This document shows positions 36,244-36,607 of a DNA stretch of 36,607 nucleotides, in pieces. The notes beneath the pieces were generated by a model, which was given only the letters and a program-made list of their open reading frames with translations, was not told the origin of the DNA and did not search any database. The DNA comes from an uncultured Acidobacteriota bacterium (GTDB lineage Bacteria; Acidobacteriota; Terriglobia; UBA7540), in the NCBI GenBank assembly GCA_964459065.1, contig CAYWMN010000002.1, forward strand, positions 1 to 36,607, read 5' to 3'. Each line of letters begins with the position of its first letter. The first letter of the stretch is position 1. The translations under genes were made by a program, and so were the position numbers.

Positions 36244-36607
36244 TTAACTGAGGTTTGGCTCTGCGTGGATGCTGACTTTGGAAATTTGAGGAAAGGCCTC
36301 GCGGAATCGAAATTCCAGCTCTTCCGTGATGTCGTGCACGCGCCCAATCGGCATGTCGGCAGCCAGCGTGCAGTGCATCGTCACCAGAATCCCTCCGCCC
36401 ACCAGGTGCGCCTCAACCGAATGGCAGTCTTCAAGTCCCGGCGTCTCCCGCGCAATGCTCATCAACTTTTGCTGGACCGCGCTCGGATCCAGCGGAGCGC
36501 TGTCAGCCGACTCAACGTGCTTCCGTAGGGGTTCAAGGTGCACGTTCATCTGATCCACCTCGGAAAGTTCTTCCTTGATTCCGCGCTCCAGCCTGTCGGC
36601 CTGCTGG
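36244..36607 (-). CDS. Cation-diffusion-facilitator C-terminal (ZT_dimer-like) domain protein, partial; the 5' end lies beyond the right edge
   Basis: GLEDCHSVEAHLVGGGILVTMHCTLAADMPIGRVHDITEELEFRFREAFPQISKVSIHAEP matches the CDF cytoplasmic-domain pattern ending in HxEP. The frame stays open upstream of the track start (GTG 36558) to position 36607. Confidence 0.55.
   Translation of the reverse strand, partial: QQADRLERGIKEELSEVDQMNVHLEPLRKHVESADSAPLDPSAVQQKLMSIARETPGLEDCHSVEAHLVGGGILVTMHCTLAADMPIGRVHDITEELEFRFREAFPQISKVSIHAEPNLS

Noticed and set aside
1-36607. Search for mobile elements, CRISPR arrays, defence-system hallmarks, or long direct or inverted repeats
   Set aside because: None was seen. 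There are no transposase, integrase or recombinase-like ORFs and no regularly spaced repeats. I found no nuclease, helicase, methylase or toxin-antitoxin style gene pairs. The window is dominated by conserved housekeeping operons.

Overview
GC-rich bacterial chromosomal window, almost fully coding. BamA, Skp and Lol genes mark a diderm. Gene order and protein style would fit an Acidobacteriota-like lineage, but that is an unverifiable guess. Content is mainly core housekeeping in four blocks. (i) 1-6.8 kb, minus strand: translation super-cluster rplM-rpsI / rpsB-tsf-pyrH-frr / rpsL-rpsG-fusA (fusA partial, found by manual translation). (ii) 7-19 kb, mixed block: MBL-fold hydrolase, RmlD-like reductase, two small orphan proteins, a four-gene sulfur-carrier operon (cysM, JAMM/mec, CysO/ThiS-like, E1+rhodanese moeZ), a stand-alone receiver, a HAD hydrolase, a secreted HEAT-repeat protein, a 243-aa orphan, phosphofructokinase and a membrane protein. 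(iii) 19.2-25.8 kb, minus strand: rimP-nusA-infB-DUF503-rbfA-truB. (iv) 26.2-36.2 kb, plus strand: lysS, lolC/E-type permease, lolD, clpC, bamA, skp, then a partial convergent CDF-type gene at the right edge. I found no rRNA, tRNA, CRISPR array, transposase/integrase or long repeat. I see no convincing evidence for a truly undescribed system. The best second-look items follow. (1) The ubiquitin-like sulfur carrier has its Gly-Gly masked by an 8-residue Cys-containing tail, next to a JAMM peptidase. (2) A promoter plus intrinsic-terminator hairpin sits in the rimP-nusA-infB leader. (3) Three good -35/-10 pairs end only about 8-20 nt before start codons that lack a Shine-Dalgarno, suggesting leaderless or near-leaderless mRNAs. 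(4) S2 and NusA carry long low-complexity tails. All promoter, terminator and family calls come from reading the sequence and motifs by eye; no searches were run.
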